Shown here: positions 37,223-48,300 of the stretch, one piece after another
How positions within the stretch are numbered: position 1 is the stretch's first letter
How the letters are laid out: every line of letters begins with the position of its first letter
Assembly: GCA_030390025.1 (NCBI GenBank)
Contig: CM059432.1
Location: forward strand, 109,990,001 to 110,054,000
DNA from: Squalus acanthias
Lineage: Eukaryota
DNA length: 64,000 bases
Direction: 5' to 3'
The notes under the pieces: model-generated
The model's database searches: none
Told to the model about the DNA's origin: nothing
What the model saw: only the letters and a program-made list of their open reading frames with translations
Made by a program: the position numbers and the translations under genes

Positions 37223-40200
37223 TCATGGAAGACAGTGTACGACTGCACCTTGTATTATACCTCCATTTCGGTATCCCACAGGACATCTTTTGAGATTGTC
37301 TATGGAGACAGTTTTAAGAATATGCTTGCCATTCGGCTGATTAATATGTATTTTAACTGTTATTTCGTTAATAACAGAATGTATTTGAACAGGTTTTTTC
37401 CACTTCGGTCTTAAACCAGGTTTTTGCTTGAACTTCTTTTCCTGTACCCATTCTCCTGCTAGGGGTTGCCATGCTTTGTTTGTCAATTTTTTCTGCCTAT
37501 TTGCCTCCCTTATCCTCTGATCAATTTGATGAATCTCCTCTGTTACTTCTTTTTTTAAATCTAACTGTCGCTGTCGGGTCAAGGACTCAGAGAGTGTAGA
37601 GGCAATAAAAGAACTATGGGTAAGCGGTGTATGCATCTCAACCCCATACATCAGATAATATGGAGTTTTAGGGGACACTGTCCATGATGCAGATGCGGGC
37701 ACATTATTAAGTGATAGCTGCACCTCCGGAATGACGGTGGTCCACTTATTTCCCCTGATTCTCAACAGTTTGACCAATAGCTTTTTTACTTCCTGGTTTT
37801 TACGTTCCACCAGCCCCGCTGATTGCGGATGACGTGGTGTGCTGTGCTCTAACCCAATCCCCCTTTGTTCGCAGTAGTCTTTGAAGACCTTTAAGACAAA
37901 CGCTCCGCCTTGATCGGAGTGTAAGATTTTGGGTGCACCAACTACAGTAATTATGTCAGTAATAGCATTGGCGAGTGCGTTTTCCGAAACAATTTTTGTG
38001 GGGACCAGCCAGCAGAAGGAAGTGCATCCATCTACACAAACGATAACATGTCTGTATCCCAAAGATGGGGGAAGTGGTCCAATAAAGTCAATAAAGTATT
38101 TTCCCATTGGCTCATCAGCTTTCACAGGAGCCAATGGTGGTGGCTTAATTAGTGATGACTTATTGGTTAAATAGCAAGACTCACAATTTGCCACGTATGT
38201 TTTACAGGCCTTAAGCATGCCTGGCCACCAATATAAGGGGGTCAATCTGCAGAATGTTGTTCTGGCACCACAATGTGCTTGACTTATGCCCTCGTGAGCT
38301 TCTTTTACAAGCTGTTCTTGTTTGTGTCTCAGGGGTACTTCTCGGTTTCCCTTGAGCAACTTAACTAGCACAATACCCGTAGGGGTTTCCGAGTAAAAGT
38401 ACTTTGGTGGATATCCTGGTGGATTCTCTTTTGTTGGGTCTAATAGCTGAATCAGTTCCTCATCCTGATTAGCTGCCCGTTCTGCCCTCATGATTACACT
38501 AATATTGGCAGACCCCTCTTGACGGGGTGTCATGCAGACCGAACATTTTGCTTGTTCATCTGCAAGACTGTTTCCTTTTAAGTGTACTGTCCCAGTGGTA
38601 TGCCTGTTTACATGAATCACCTGACAATTCTGTTTCTCCATTCTCGAATGGAGAATGTCTTCCCACAATGACTTATGTTTTATGGGTTTACCCTTATGAT
38701 TGGTAAAATTTGTTTGTTCCCAGAAAACTAGATCTTGGTTATATCCTCTTTTACAGTAGTCACTATCCGTACAGATTAGTGTGGGTTTAATAGGGTCTGC
38801 CTTTTCTAAAGCATACCGTAATGCTGCGGCTTCAGCATATTGCGCTGTCTTATGGCCAAGGGGTATGGACAGTAATTCTTCTGGATAAAAAGAATAGGAA
38901 TCTCGAAAAGTCCCTACTACTATCCCCATCCCAGCTGAGGATTGTTGGGATGTCCCTTTTTTAATCGTCATTGAAGATCCATCACAGTAAATGACTTGAT
39001 GGTACTCTGTAAGCAGTCTCATAGATATTTGTCTGATTCCCTCCTCCGTATCATCATCCTCCATGATGGGGAGATGCTCTAAGTCCATTTCTGGGGAGAG
39101 GAATTTAAAAATGAGTGTAGGATCATTCAAGAACGATGCCCATTTATCATATCGGATCTGGGTGGCTCTTTTTTCATCAGAGGCCATCCTCAATACTGAT
39201 CTTAAATCGGGAATCTCAGTATAGATGGTAATGGGGTATTTCCCTTGAAGGGGTCGTGCCTTGATGAGGCATTGGACTACCATATTCATGACCCTTTCTT
39301 TTTTAATGTACCTCCTTTCGACATTAGAAAAGTTATAAGAATGGAACTGAATGGGCACTATGCTCTTTTCATTATAGAAAACTGCAACTGCCACTTTAGG
39401 TGATGACCTGAGATGAATATTGAGGGGAACTTGTAAGTCCCTCTGTTCCAGGTATATGGCTTTTTGTACCTCTCGGCATAATTGTTGCAATTTTGAGTAA
39501 TCGTCTGGTGAAAATATGAATGGTCCTTTTGCTGCTTCGCCCACTCTAGCATACAGGGGTGCTGAGAGCTCGGCAAAGGTTGGCGTAAAGGATCGAGCAA
39601 AATTCAGGAGTCCTAAACTGGCTTGCAGATTTTTCAGAGTTTTAGGATATTGAATGGTGGCTAATTTTTCTTTATAGGATTGAGTTAATCCTCTACCGTT
39701 TCCAGTTATTCGCAGGCCCAGAAAATCTACCTGTTCCCTAACTAGTTGACTCTTTTTTATGTTGGTTAAGTACCCAGCAGTTGTAAGTCTGGACAAAACA
39801 CTATCAATGGCTTTCAAGTGCTCTTGGAGATTGTCATGTGACAGATATATATCGTCCACATAAGAATTGACGTTAGGTAGGTCTTTTAAAAGGTCAATGA
39901 TGTGGGCTGAAAAGAGAACGGGACTGTTTTGAAATCCCTGGGGCAATCTGGTCCAGCAGTACTGATAACCATCGGGTCCAGTCATCGCTGTTTTTGGCCA
40001 ATCAGCTTTTTCGATTGGATGTGACCAGAAGCCGTTTGCTAGATCAATACAAGATTTATATTTTTCCCTCGTGATTCCAGAGAGAAGGGCTGTGGAATTT
40101 TGCTGTTGTGCAGCATGTGGGGACGTTACCCTATTTAAGGCTGTATAATCGACCACTAATCTCCACCTCCCATCTGGTTTAGCAACACCAAACAATGGTG

Positions 40201-40630
40201 AATTAGTTCTAGATGCCATTTTGATTAAGACACCTTGTTCTGTTAGTTCTTTGAGCGTTGTTAGGAGATCTATTTTTCCTTTGTGGTCTTGAATAAGCCA
40301 CTGTTTTTTAGGTTTGTGCCAGCCAGCATCAAGTGGGTGGGGTTTGATGTCTATCTTTCCACATTGATTTGGATGGCATTGTAGATAAGGATAGTATCTA
40401 TTAATGAGTTGTTCGAGGAGGTCTTTGCCTCCCCGCTCTAGGCAAGTTCGATCAAGCTGTGTCTGAACATGTTTTTCCCTGTCATCCTGGTCTGTGGATG
40501 CTTCTACAGGTCTGGTTGAGATTTTAAGGTAATGTTTCATATCTAGTTGTCCTATAATGAGGGAACAGGCCAATTGTGGTACCAGTCCTACATCTAGGGT
40601 CACCGTGATTCCATATATGGTAATAGGCAT
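37223..40630 (-). CDS. pol: Foamy-virus-like Pol (protease C-terminus, RT, RNase H, integrase), open 1135-aa frame
   Basis: RT: KPDGRWRLVVDY, IDLANGFWSHPI, WTRLPQGFQNSP, YVDDIYLSHD, FLGLRITGNGRGLT, LGLLNFARSF. RNase H: YCDGSS, AQYAE, TDSDY, GNSLAD. IN: H..H..CxxC, IDFIGPLPPS.GY, HSDQGGAF, STPRHPQSAGLVERKN. These strings closely match recalled prototype foamy virus Pol. Confidence 0.95.
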   Translation of the reverse strand: MPITIYGITVTLDVGLVPQLACSLIIGQLDMKHYLKISTRPVEASTDQDDREKHVQTQLDRTCLERGGKDLLEQLINRYYPYLQCHPNQCGKIDIKPHPLDAGWHKPKKQWLIQDHKGKIDLLTTLKELTEQGVLIKMASRTNSPLFGVAKPDGRWRLVVDYTALNRVTSPHAAQQQNSTALLSGITREKYKSCIDLANGFWSHPIEKADWPKTAMTGPDGYQYCWTRLPQGFQNSPVLFSAHIIDLLKDLPNVNSYVDDIYLSHDNLQEHLKAIDSVLSRLTTAGYLTNIKKSQLVREQVDFLGLRITGNGRGLTQSYKEKLATIQYPKTLKNLQASLGLLNFARSFTPTFAELSAPLYARVGEAAKGPFIFSPDDYSKLQQLCREVQKAIYLEQRDLQVPLNIHLRSSPKVAVAVFYNEKSIVPIQFHSYNFSNVERRYIKKERVMNMVVQCLIKARPLQGKYPITIYTEIPDLRSVLRMASDEKRATQIRYDKWASFLNDPTLIFKFLSPEMDLEHLPIMEDDDTEEGIRQISMRLLTEYHQVIYCDGSSMTIKKGTSQQSSAGMGIVVGTFRDSYSFYPEELLSIPLGHKTAQYAEAAALRYALEKADPIKPTLICTDSDYCKRGYNQDLVFWEQTNFTNHKGKPIKHKSLWEDILHSRMEKQNCQVIHVNRHTTGTVHLKGNSLADEQAKCSVCMTPRQEGSANISVIMRAERAANQDEELIQLLDPTKENPPGYPPKYFYSETPTGIVLVKLLKGNREVPLRHKQEQLVKEAHEGISQAHCGARTTFCRLTPLYWWPGMLKACKTYVANCESCYLTNKSSLIKPPPLAPVKADEPMGKYFIDFIGPLPPSLGYRHVIVCVDGCTSFCWLVPTKIVSENALANAITDIITVVGAPKILHSDQGGAFVLKVFKDYCEQRGIGLEHSTPRHPQSAGLVERKNQEVKKLLVKLLRIRGNKWTTVIPEVQLSLNNVPASASWTVSPKTPYYLMYGVEMHTPLTHSSFIASTLSESLTRQRQLDLKKEVTEEIHQIDQRIREANRQKKLTNKAWQPLAGEWVQEKKFKQKPGLRPKWKKPVQIHSVINEITVKIHINQPNGKHILKTVSIDNLKRCPVGYRNGGIIQGAVVHCLP

Positions 40631-40848
40631 TTTGTAAAAATTAATTATTTTGGTTTTGTCTTGTGTGAATCCCCTAATGGCCTTTTACAAATTGAGCTCC
40701 CCAAATCGGTCCACTTAGTATTTATAATTGCAGGATCTATTACAGTGTAATCAGCTCCCGTATCAAACAAGGCCTTCACTTGTGTGTTTGTGGGCAAGGT
40801 TGCCAGGGCATAGGGGAATTCAAGAGGCCCTGGCTGAGTGCCAGGCCT
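40631..40848 (-). pseudogene. pro: Protease N-terminal part with active site; one frameshift at about 40680-40700
   Basis: Manual translation: RPGTQPGPLEFPYALATLPTNTQVKALFDTGADYTVIDP (D at 40764-40762). It shifts into IRGFTQDKTKIINFYK-MPITIYG of the long pol frame. Confidence 0.85.
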
Positions 40849-42367
40849 TCAATCCTGGGATTGTTCATCCTCAGGATCCTGAGTTTCATTTGCTGCTTTG
40901 TCTTTAATTATTTTAACTGATTTTTGTTCCTCCCTCTTGGGGGTATCATGTTTTCCAGATCCCTTAGGGGGTTTGTCGGACCGTTTATTATCTTGACGAT
41001 CCTCCTGTTGGGGTGGACGTTGGTTCTGCCAGGAATCTTTTTGATCCCCATTTCAGTTTTCCCGGTATCCTCCCATGGCTCTCTGATAGTTTTGGCCAGT
41101 GTAAAAGCTGTCCCCATAGGGAGTCCACTGTCCTTCACTTTCCTCGTCTATCCCATCTTTCCGGGGAGAAATCTTTCTCGTATTGTGGGCGAGTTGGGGG
41201 TGTAAACCTTCTGGAATACCCTCTTGGGGGTCCCGAGCCACGAGTTTGTGTCTGGGCGGGGTGGACTTGAGACTTGGGTCTATACAGTCCTTGTTTCTGA
41301 GTACCAAAGGCACCTTCTCCGTTTTTTTTATCCCTAGTTTCTGATCTCATTATAGGTTTAGTTTGGGGTAGACCTAAGAGGTCATGATTTAATTGGATAA
41401 TGCGATTGGCATTATCCCATCCTTGTTGGTTATCTTGATAATCGTTTAGAACACCCTCACAGGCAAGTTTGAGGGCTGTATTTTGGTATTGATTGGCCAG
41501 GCAACCGTGGACAATGTGCCAGTTATCCTGTGTAAGTACTTTGCCTAATCTGTAGGCAGCTACCAGCCCTTTAGTTGTGGCTGTATTAGTAAGTATTTCC
41601 TTGATGGAACCCATTACATGCCCTCCCTGAGTTGCCGTGAGAACATAGGCATATATTTGAACCCAGTTGTTACACTGGTTTAATGGGGGAATTAAGTCTG
41701 AACTTAATATCATTTGTAGTAGTTGCCTCAGGTGTTGGGCATTCCAATCTTGGCAACAGGTTTCCAATTTATCAAGGTTAGTTAGAATCCAGCAGGTTTT
41801 TTCCTGGCTGGTGTTTCCCAGTCTACCACACATTGTGTAGACAGAGGTCAGCTTTACTTGACCAGTAATCATTGCGCCTCCAGCATTTAGATAAGATTGA
41901 GCTAGTGCCTGTCAGCATTGATTATAATGGATTCTAAGCTGTCTATAGTTTTCTCGAAGATTCTGGTCATTTATTTCATCATGAGCTTGCCACCTTAACC
42001 GGAATCCATGGCCCCCAGGAGCATAGGCTGCTCCGGGTCCCACTATTCGGCCATGGTTGCCACCACCTTGTTGGGCACCGTTCATTAGGCCTCCCAATTG
42101 TGCGGGTGTGCACCTTATCATTAAGGAATTTAGTGGATTTGGAGTATTTGTTTGATTATCCCACTGGATATTCTGTATCCCCTGGTTCTGGGGATCAACA
42201 TCAATTGTGCCATGAGTTCTAACGGCTCCGTCGGCATCAAAGCCTTCTATTTCAAAAATTATCACTTGGTTTTGTGGAGGTACAGGGATAGGATTATTTC
42301 CCCTAATAAAGCAATCATTTGAATTTCCTAATAAAAAGACTTGCCCAATTCCGACAGGGTTTGCCAT
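40849..42367 (-). pseudogene. gag: Foamy-virus-like Gag (about 505 codons; stops at 41912-41914 and 41053-41055, probable frameshift at about 41140)
   Basis: ORFs 41912..42367 and 41135..41872 are in the same frame, split by one TGA. The capsid segment CNNWVQIYAYVLTATQG..MGSIKEIL...KGLVAAYRLGKVLTQDNWHIVHG aligns by eye to foamy Gag (CLTWDSAVATLFIRTHG..EGVATAYTLGMMLSGQNYQLVSG). There is no CCHC knuckle, and the C-terminus is G/R/Q-rich. Confidence 0.85.
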
Positions 42368-42386
42368 TTCGTCAGGACCTAACCTA

Positions 42387-45300
42387 ACTCAGAACAAACT
42401 GTCACAGGACAGAGAGTGAGGAGACTCAGAACAAACTGTCACAGGACAGAGTGAGGAGACTCAGAACAAACTGTCACAGGACAGAGTGAGGAGACTCAGA
42501 ACAAACTGTCACAGGACAGAGTGAGGAGACTCAGAACAAACTGTCACAGGACAGAGTGAGGAGACTCAGAACAAACTGTCACAGGACGGAGAGTGAGGAG
42601 ACTCAGAACAAACTGTCACAGGACAGAGTGAGGAGACTCAGAACAAACTGTCACAGGACAGAGAGTGAGGAGACTCAGAACAAACTGTCACAGGACAGAG
42701 TGAGGAGACTCAGAACAAACTGTCACAGGACAGAGTGAGGAGACTCAGAACAAACTGTCACAGGACAGAGAGTGAGGAGACTCAGAACAAACTGTCACAG
42801 GACGGAGAGTGAGGAGACTCAGAACAAACTGCCACAGGACAGAGTGAGGAGACACAGAACAAACTGTCACAGGACAGAGAGTGAGGAGACTCAGAACAAA
42901 CTGTCACAGGACAGAGTGAGGAGACTCAGAACAAACTGTCACAGGACAGAGTGAGGAGACTCAGAACAAACTGCCACAGGACGGAGAGTGAGGAGACTCA
43001 GAACAAACTGTCACAGGACAGAGAGTGAGGAGACTCAGAACAAACTGCCACAGGACGAGAGTGAGGAGACTCAGAACAAACTGCCACAGGACAGAGAGTG
43101 AGGAGACTCAGAACAAACTGTCACAGGACAGAGAGTGAGGAGACTCAGAACAAACTGTCACAGGACGGAGAGTGAGGAGACTCAGAACAAACTGCCACAG
43201 GACGGAGAGTGAGGAGACTCAGAACAAACTGCCACAGGACAGAGAGTGAGGAGACTCAGAACAAACTGCCACAGGACAGAGAGTGAGGAGACTCAGAACA
43301 AACTGTCACAGGACAGAGTGAGGAGACTCAGAACAAACTGCCACAGGACAGAGAGTGAGGAGACTCAGAACAAACTGTCACAGGACAGAGTGAGGAGACT
43401 CAGAACAAACTGTCACAGGACAGAGTGAGGAGACTCAGAACAAACTGCCACAGGACAGAGTGAGGAGACTCAGAACAAACTGTCACAGGACAGAGAGTGA
43501 GGAGACTCAGAACAAACTGTCACAGGACAGAGTGAGGAGACTCAGAACAAACTGTCACAGGACAGAGAGTGAGGAGACTCAGAACAAACTGCCACAGGAC
43601 AGAGTGAGGAGACTCAGAACAAACTGTCACAGGACAGAGTGAGGAGACTCAGAACAAACTGTCACAGGACAGAGAGTGAGGAGACTCAGAACAAACTGTC
43701 ACAGGACGAGAGTGAGGAGACTCAGAACAAACTGTCACAGGACAGAGTGAGGAGACTCAGAACAAACTGTCACAGGACAGAGTGAGGAGACTCAGAACAA
43801 ACTGTCACAGGACAGAGAGTGAGGAGACTCAGAACAAACTGTCACAGGACGGAGAGTGAGGAGACTCAGAACAAACTGTCACAGGACAGAGAGTGAGGAG
43901 ACTCAGAACAAACTGTCACAGGACAGAGTGAGGAGACTCAGAACAAACTGTCACAGGACAGAGAGTGAGGAGACTCAGAACAAACTGCCACAGGACAGAG
44001 TGAGGAGACTCAGAACAAACTGCCACAGGACAGAGTGAGGAGACACAGAACAAACTGTCACAGGACAGAGAGTGAGGAGACTCAGAACAAACTGTCACAG
44101 GACAGAGTGAGGAGACACAGAACAAACTGTCACAGGACAGAGAGTGAGGAGACTCAGAACAAACTGTCACAGGACAGAGTGAGGAGACTCAGAACAAACT
44201 GTCACAGGACAGAGTGAGGAGACTCAGAACAAACTGTCACAGGACAGAGTGAGGAGACACAGAACAAACTGTCACAGGACAGAGAGTGAGGAGACTCAGA
44301 ACAAACTGTCACAGGACAGAGTGAGGAGACTCAGAACAAACTGCCACAGGACAGAGAGTGAGGAGACTCAGAACAAACTGCCACAGGACGGAGAGTGAGG
44401 AGACTCAGAACAAACTGTCACAGGACAGAGTGAGGAGACTCAGAACAAACTGTCACAGGACAGAGAGTGAGGAGACTCAGAACAAACTGTCACAGGACGG
44501 AGAGTGAGGAGACTCAGAACAAACTGTCACAGGACAGAGTGAGGAGACTCAGAACAAACTGTCACAGGACAGAGTGAGGAGACTCAGAACAAACTGTCAC
44601 AGGACAGAGAGTGAGGAGACTCAGAACAAACTGTCACAGGACGAGAGTGAGGAGACTCAGAACAAACTGTCACAGGACAGAGAGTGAGGAGACTCAGAAC
44701 AAACTGTCACAGGACAGAGTGAGGAGACTCAGAACAAACTGTCACAGGACAGAGAGTGAGGAGACTCAGAACAAACTGTCACAGGACAGAGTGAGGAGAC
44801 TCAGAACAAACTGCCACAGGACGAGAGTGAGGAGACTCAGAACAAACTGTCACAGGACAGAGAGTGAGGAGACTCAGAACAAACTGTCACAGGACAGAGT
44901 GAGGAGACTCAGAACAAACTGTCACAGGACAGAGAGTGAGGAGACTCAGAACAAACTGTCACAGGACAGAGTGAGGAGACTCAGAACAAACTGTCACAGG
45001 ACGAGAGTGAGGAGACTCAGAACAAACTGCCACAGGACAGAGTGAGGAGACTCAGAACAAACTGTCACAGGACGAGAGTGAGGAGACTCAGAACAAACTG
45101 TCACAGGACAGAGAGTGAGGAGACTCAGAACAAACTGTCACAGGACAGAGTGAGGAGACTCAGAACAAACTGTCACAGGACAGAGAGTGAGGAGACTCAG
45201 AACAAACTGTCACAGGACAGAGAGTGAGGAGACTCAGAACAAACTGTCACAGGACAGAGTGAGGAGACTCAGAACAAACTGTCACAGGACAGAGTGAGGA

Positions 45301-48300
45301 GACTCAGAACAAACTGTCACAGGACAGAGAGTGAGGAGACTCAGAACAAACTGTCACAGGACAGAGTGAGGAGACACAGAACAAACTGTCACAGGACAGA
45401 GAGTGAGGAGACTCAGAACAAACTGTCACAGGACAGAGTGAGGAGACTCAGAACAAACTGCCACAGGACGGAGAGTGAGGAGACACAGAACAAACTGTCA
45501 CAGGACAGAGTGAGGAGACTCAGAACAAACTGCCACAGGACGGAGAGTGAGGAGACTCAGAACAAACTGCCACAGGACGAGAGTGAGGAGACTCAGAACA
45601 AACTGTCACAGGACAGAGTGAGGAGACTCAGAACAAACTGCCACAGGACGGAGAGTGAGGAGACTCAGAACAAACTGCCACAGGACAGAGTGAGGAGACT
45701 CAGAACAAACTGCCACAGGACGGAGAGTGAGGAGACTCAGAACAAACTGCCACAGGACAGAGAGTGAGGAGACTCAGAACAAACTGTCACAGGACAGAGT
45801 GAGGAGACTCAGAACAAACTGTCACAGGACAGAGAGTGAGGAGACTCAGAACAAACTGTCACAGGACAGAGAGTGAGGAGACTCAGAACAAACTGTCACA
45901 GGACGAGAGTGAGGAGACTCAGAACAAACTGTCACAGGACAGAGAGTGAGGAGACTCAGAACAAACTGTCACAGGACAGAGAGTGAGGAGACTCAGAACA
46001 AACTGTCACAGGACAGAGTGAGGAGACTCAGAACAAACTGTCACAGGACAGAGAGTGAGGAGACTCAGAACAAACTGTCACAGGACAGAGAGTGAGGAGA
46101 CTCAGAACAAACTGTCACAGGACAGAGAGTGAGGAGACTCAGAACAAACTGTCACAGGACGAGAGTGAGGAGACTCAGAACAAACTGTCACAGGACAGAG
46201 TGAGGAGACTCAGAACAAACTGTCACAGGACAGAGTGAGGAGACTCAGAACAAACTGTCACAGGACAGAGTGAGGAGACTCAGAACAAACTGTCACAGGA
46301 CAGAGAGTGAGGAGACTCAGAACAAACTGCCACAGGACAGAGTGAGGAGACTCAGAACAAACTGTCACAGGACGAGAGTGAGGAGACTCAGAACAAACTG
46401 TCACAGGACGAGAGTGAGGAGACTCAGAACAAACTGTCACAGGACGAGAGTGAGGAGACTCAGAACAAACTGTCACAGGACAGAGAGTGAGGAGACTCAG
46501 AACAAACTGTCACAGGACAGAGTGAGGAGACTCAGAACAAACTGTCACAGGACAGAGAGTGAGGAGACTCAGAACAAACTGTCACAGGACAGAGAGTGAG
46601 GAGACTCAGAACAAACTGTCACAGGACAGAGAGTGAGGAGACTCAGAACAAACTGTCACAGGACAGAGTGAGGAGACTCAGAACAAACTGTCACAGGACA
46701 GAGAGTGAGGAGACTCAGAACAAACTGTCACAGGACAGAGAGTGAGGAGACTCAGAACAAACTGTCACAGGACAGAGAGTGAGGAGACTCAGAACAAACT
46801 GTCACAGGACAGAGAGTGAGGAGACTCAGAACAAACTGTCACAGGACAGAGTGAGGAGACTCAGAACAAACTGTCACAGGACAGAGTGAGGAGACTCAGA
46901 ACAAACTGTCACAGGACAGAGTGAGGAGACTCAGAACAAACTGTCACAGGACAGAGAGTGAGGAGACTCAGAACAAACTGTCACAGGACAGAGAGTGAGG
47001 AGACTCAGAACAAACTGTCACAGGACGAGAGTGAGGAGACTCAGAACAAACTGTCACAGGACAGAGAGTGAGGAGACTCAGAACAAACTGTCACAGGACA
47101 GAGAGTGAGGAGACTCAGAACAAACTGTCACAGGACAGAGTGAGGAGACTCAGAACAAACTGTCACAGGACAGAGAGTGAGGAGACTCAGAACAAACTGT
47201 CACAGGACAGAGTGAGGAGACTCAGAACAAACTGTCACAGGACAGAGAGTGAGGAGACTCAGAACAAACTGTCACAGGACGAGAGTGAGGAGACTCAGAA
47301 CAAACTGTCACAGGACAGAGAGTGAGGAGACTCAGAACAAACTGTCACAGGACAGAGAGTGAGGAGACTCAGAACAAACTGTCACAGGACAGAGAGTGAG
47401 GAGACTCAGAACAAACTGTCACAGGACAGAGTGAGGAGACTCAGAACAAACTGTCACAGGACAGAGTGAGGAGACTCAGAACAAACTGTCACAGGACAGA
47501 GTGAGGAGACTCAGAACAAACTGTCACAGGACAGAGAGTGAGGAGACTCAGAACAAACTGTCACAGGACAGAGAGTGAGGAGACTCAGAACAAACTGTCA
47601 CAGGACAGAGAGTGAGGAGACTCAGAACAAACTGTCACAGGACAGAGAGTGAGGAGACTCAGAACAAACTGTCACAGGACAGAGTGAGGAGACTCAGAAC
47701 AAACTGTCACAGGACAGAGAGTGAGGAGACTCAGAACAAACTGTCCACAGGACAGAGTGAGGAGACTCAGAACAAACTGTCACAGGACAGAGAGTGAGGA
47801 GACTCAGAACAAACTGTCACAGGACAGAGTGAGGAGACTCAGAACAAACTGTCACAGGACAGAGAGTGAGGAGACTCAGAACAAACTGTCACAGGACAGA
47901 GAGTGAGGAGACTCAGAACAAACTGTCACAGGACAGAGAGTGAGGAGACTCAGAACAAACTGTCACAGGACGAGAGTGAGGAGACTCAGAACAAACTGTC
48001 ACAGGACAGAGAGTGAGGAGACTCAGAACAAACTGTCACAGGACAGAGTGAGGAGACTCAGAACAAACTGTCACAGGACAGAGTGAGGAGACTCAGAACA
48101 AACTGTCACAGGACAGAGAGTGAGGAGACTCAGAACAAACTGTCACAGGACAGAGTGAGGAGACTCAGAACAAACTGTCACAGGACAGAGAGTGAGGAGA
48201 CTCAGAACAAACTGTCACAGGACAGAGTGAGGAGACTCAGAACAAACTGTCACAGGACAGAGAGTGAGGAGACTCAGAACAAACTGTCACAGGACGAGAG

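Noticed and set aside
42377..42387. TTAGGTTAGG at the array/gag junction as a telomeric seed
   Set aside because: Only two pentamers, and not the vertebrate TTAGGG; compatible with chance.
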